DNA of 20,000 nt from an uncultured virus (IMG/VR IMGVR_UViG_3300042349_000834) (lineage: Duplodnaviria; Heunggongvirae; Uroviricota; Caudoviricetes), in the IMG/VR virus record IMGVR_UViG_3300042349_000834, positions 57,267-77,266 of that record; one strand, 5' to 3'. A program made the position numbers and the translations under genes. Positions 17,514 to 20,000 of the stretch are shown piece by piece. Position 1 is the first letter of the stretch. The number at the start of each line of letters is the position of its first letter. The notes below the pieces were generated by a model. That model was not told the DNA's origin. It saw only the letters and a list, made by a program, of their open reading frames with translations, and did not search any database.

Positions 17514-17924
17514 TCAGTTTAAAATATCAAACATACCATCATAATAATTCGGCTGTTGTAAAAAGTGAACAGCGTTTGCTATTAAATGATTTCTATACTC
17601 AGTATCTAATTTGTTGTGAATAAAATATTTTGTTTTGTAAATTGGTTCTTTGTAATGATTGTTCCCCAAATACAGGGAGTTTTTGAAGTTCCCTGATTTG
17701 GAGAAGTAATCATTCACAGGTAACGAACCTTTAGGAAAGCTCGGGCCAATATACCATACGTTTGAAGGATGTTCAACTATTTCATTTAGAGTATCATATA
17801 ACATTTTTCCCCAAGCATCCCAAGCGTCGGGGTCAAACTTGAAATACTTTTTATAATGACTCTCTAAATTGTCCTGACTATCACCATAGTCATCGTAGTC
17901 ATCATCTTCATAATCTTCGTGCAT
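17514..17924 (-). CDS. Hypothetical protein with acidic N-terminus
   Basis: Starts MHEDYEDDDYDDYGD and is aromatic-rich; begins 3 bp after the primase stop. Confidence 0.65.
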   Translation of the reverse strand: MHEDYEDDDYDDYGDSQDNLESHYKKYFKFDPDAWDAWGKMLYDTLNEIVEHPSNVWYIGPSFPKGSLPVNDYFSKSGNFKNSLYLGNNHYKEPIYKTKYFIHNKLDTEYRNHLIANAVHFLQQPNYYDGMFDILN

Positions 17925-17927
17925 ATT

Positions 17928-19067
17928 TCACCCGATACAAAATTTATCACTAATCTTAGACGCTAGTTCTTTAGCAGCATTAGAAAGAAACCTGTTGTTG
18001 CTAAAGTAGAGGGGTGTTGAGACTTGATTAAGGAACTCCACGACCGTTTTTAAAAGCTTGGTCTGGGAACCGTCAAGATCTAAATCTTCGCCCCCAGCGT
18101 CAACAGGAAGCGGCTCAATAGCATCTGTATCGTCCTCAGTAACAGGAGATACTGGAGTAGGATCACCATAAGCCTTGTTGAACATACCATGACCAGAATA
18201 GACATACTTTGTCTTGATATCTTCTGTGCTGTTGGTATATGTGTTAAGGTTTAAAGACTTCATCTGATTTGCAATAGTTGTAGCAACATTAATTGCAACT
18301 GGAACTCCAGTGATGTCAGACTTTTTATAAGCCTTGGCATATTCTTTAAACCATTCGTCGCTAGTCTTATTAGCAACAATATTAACAACAGCAGAAACTC
18401 CATCAAGAGCCTCTTTAAGTTGTTCAATATTTATCGGATTACCAGTTGATCCAGACAAAATACTGGTAAAATAAGGTTGCTTTCCTTCCCAACCCTTCCT
18501 CCACCAAGTATAAGGGATTCTGTAAATCTGATTGATTTTGATAGCTCGGGCATCACCACCAAAATGATTTACCAGTTTCTTTTGAATACCATTCCAATAA
18601 GTCTTATGAGGACTATTAGTATTTGGGTTTAGAATCCAATAGCACTGATAACCATTACGAGTATCAACAACCCAGCTTGGCTTTACTGGAAAGTTATTGA
18701 TATAATTCAAGAATCCCCTTTTCTTCTGCATTACGACACTGGGCTTAAAATAGTTACCGTTATCATCTCGTCCAGCATCCATATCAACAAAACAAGCACG
18801 AATTCTACTAATAGCATATTGTTTACGTCCACCATTAACGTAGAAATAAGCATCAGCACCTTGGTTATCATTTGCAATAGCAACGGTGGTGAGATGATCT
18901 GTATGATTCATGCTACTGATCTTCTTGCGAGGATCACCATTGTAACAGAAAATCTGCTGACCACCAAAAGACTCAAAAAACTTATTCCTCAAAGTAATCT
19001 GATCTCTTGTTCCAATAGCACTATGAGTCTTATCAAACGGATTAAAAGCCAAAGTATCGCTAAACAT
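17928..19067 (-). CDS. RepB-type primase (AEP/primase-polymerase) domain protein, no helicase domain
   Basis: YFYVN, RACFVDMD (DxD), PSWVVDTRNGYQCYW and GGD......IYRIP motifs resemble RepB'-like primase domains. Start placed at ATG 19067 after AAAGGA. Confidence 0.75.
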   Translation of the reverse strand: MFSDTLAFNPFDKTHSAIGTRDQITLRNKFFESFGGQQIFCYNGDPRKKISSMNHTDHLTTVAIANDNQGADAYFYVNGGRKQYAISRIRACFVDMDAGRDDNGNYFKPSVVMQKKRGFLNYINNFPVKPSWVVDTRNGYQCYWILNPNTNSPHKTYWNGIQKKLVNHFGGDARAIKINQIYRIPYTWWRKGWEGKQPYFTSILSGSTGNPINIEQLKEALDGVSAVVNIVANKTSDEWFKEYAKAYKKSDITGVPVAINVATTIANQMKSLNLNTYTNSTEDIKTKYVYSGHGMFNKAYGDPTPVSPVTEDDTDAIEPLPVDAGGEDLDLDGSQTKLLKTVVEFLNQVSTPLYFSNNRFLSNAAKELASKISDKFCIG

Positions 19068-19145
19068 TTGTTTTCCTTTTTCCACTTCCTACCTACATTT
19101 TTGATATTGGGATAGTAAACACTACCATCAAAAGCAATATCGTAA

Positions 19146-19226
19146 AAGATGGTAACGGAATCGAACCGTTATTGTAGGATAGTAAAAACTATATAGGTAC
19201 TATCTTACAAGTTCCAAACACCACCT
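19146..19226 (-). ncRNA. tRNA-like structured RNA (acceptor stem plus T-arm, no D-stem, long central hairpin)
   Basis: Minus strand: AGGTGGT pairs with ACCATCT (7 bp, G3:U70). Canonical T-arm AACGG-TTCGATT-CCGTT. 13-bp central stem TTGTAAGATAGTA/TACTATCCTACAA with one mismatch. No encoded CCA. Confidence 0.6.
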
Positions 19227-19229
19227 TGA

Positions 19230-19805
19230 CTATTTACTAACTCCATATTTATTCTTGAGACTTTCCATTGTTCTATTAATTTTCACTTCGCTTTTTTTGG
19301 TAAATTTATCACTATCAGATAGTTCATAATGCAACTCTCTATGACATCTATTACAAAGCAGTTTACACTTTTTTATTTCTTGTAACAGTTTTTCAAAATT
19401 TGTATTAATTTCTCCTATCGCATACTCTTTGATCGCAGGATCTAAATGATGAAAATCTAATGCCGATTGACACTTATTGTATCCACATTTTTCACATCTG
19501 TTGCCCAGTTGTTCTATTAGAATTTTTTTCTTTGCTATTTTAATGATTTTGTTAGCGCATTTACTACAAGTTTTCATTGAGCTTTTTTTATCACAAATTT
19601 CACAGTTGGTTATACCTAATGCTTTTCTGTTTGTTTTATCGTGTGGTCTTAAGTTTTTAGTTAAGTACCCTAGTCGTTTTTTAGCCTCATGAATAGATGA
19701 TTTAGAACATCCATATAATTCGGCTAACTCATACGAGGTTTTACCTTCAAGTATATGCTGCTTGAATCTTTTCTTATCCTTGATAATTTCTTTAATAGTC
19801 ATCAT
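19230..19805 (-). CDS. HNH homing-endonuclease-like protein with N-terminal HTH and Zn motifs
   Basis: HTH TSYELAELYGCSKSSI; CEIC...CSKC; LGNRCEKCGY..C..ALDFHH.DP..K...KCKLLCNRCHRELH. Start placed at ATG 19805 (or 19802) after GGGGG. Confidence 0.88.
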   Translation of the reverse strand: MMTIKEIIKDKKRFKQHILEGKTSYELAELYGCSKSSIHEAKKRLGYLTKNLRPHDKTNRKALGITNCEICDKKSSMKTCSKCANKIIKIAKKKILIEQLGNRCEKCGYNKCQSALDFHHLDPAIKEYAIGEINTNFEKLLQEIKKCKLLCNRCHRELHYELSDSDKFTKKSEVKINRTMESLKNKYGVSK

Positions 19806-19807
19806 AA

Positions 19808-19860
19808 ACCCCCGGAGAATGAAAGTATACCTTTTAATACACCTTTCAAACTCCGAGGGC
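19808..19860 (-). promoter_or_regulatory. Long RNA hairpin occluding the HNH ribosome-binding site, with an internal GGTGTA motif
   Basis: Minus strand GCCCTCGGAG-TT-TGAAAG-GTGTATTAAAAGGTATA-CTTTCA-TT-CTCCGGGGGT-TT-ATG. Confidence 0.7.
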
Positions 19861-19872
19861 ATGATTTATTTT

Positions 19873-20000
19873 TTAGAAATTATCCTCATCCTCTTCATCG
19901 TCAAAATCGTCCTCATAATCATCTTCGTCAGAATCGTCAAATTGAGACCAATAATCTTCATCGGTCAAGTGATCATCATTATCTTCGTCATCATTATCAT
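19873..20000 (-). CDS. C-terminal end of a protein with a very acidic tail (partial)
   Basis: Manual translation ...DNDDEDNDDHLTDEDYWSQFDDSDEDDYEDDFDDEEDEDNF*, stop TAA at 19875-19873. Not in the ORF track. Confidence 0.75.
   Translation of the reverse strand, partial: DNDDEDNDDHLTDEDYWSQFDDSDEDDYEDDFDDEEDEDNF

Noticed and set aside
19146..19226. Canonical tRNA gene
   Set aside because: No D-stem, no 5-bp/7-nt anticodon arm and no CCA. Reported as a tRNA-like RNA instead.
5877..19692. Other antisense ORFs (5877-6164, 9394-9588, 9714-9965, 10537-10776, 16870-17061, 17076-17261, 17411-17623, 18819-19115, 19477-19692)
   Set aside because: Shadows of genes in consistent operon orientation; no independent evidence.
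19230..19862. HNH as part of a group I intron or intein, and the ORF-track start at 19862
   Set aside because: The flanking genes appear complete with their own stop or start, so the HNH looks free-standing. The 19862 start lacks an SD and would translate through the hairpin, whereas ATG 19805 has one.
1..20000. Stop-codon reassignment as seen in some large phages
   Set aside because: Genes are full length in the standard code, and TAA, TAG (e.g. 5893, 15299) and TGA (e.g. 251, 6642) all end tightly packed genes.

Overview
AT-rich, gene-dense window with ATGA-type overlapping genes, mostly on the minus strand. It is most consistent with a large (jumbo-type) bacteriophage genome using the standard genetic code; this is inferred from gene content, and no capsid or terminase gene lies in the window. 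From left to right: (1) the 5' end of a UDP-galactopyranose mutase (glf, missing from the ORF track), a GT-like gene, a macrodomain and small ORFs; (2) back-to-back sigma70-like promoters; (3) a plus-strand glycan-modification operon encoding an HtrL/YibB + GT-A fusion, a GT60/Gnt1-like protein O-GlcNAc transferase, an SGNH protein, an FkbM-like methyltransferase and two paralogous GT-A proteins; (4) a minus-strand block with subtilisin, trypsin-like protease, HNH, three mucin-like Thr/Pro-rich proteins carrying Cys-rich, FN3-like or lectin-like domains, and an actin-fold ATPase; (5) ruvB preceded by a Zn-ribbon/RuvA-C-terminal-domain fusion; (6) a RepB-type primase, an 81-nt tRNA/tmRNA-like RNA with a G3:U70 pair, and an HNH gene whose RBS lies in a long hairpin containing a recurring GGTGTA motif. 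The lead hypothesis is a phage-encoded mucin-type protein O-glycosylation system with enzymes and Thr/Pro-rich substrates encoded close together. All family assignments are from motif recognition by eye; no searches were run.
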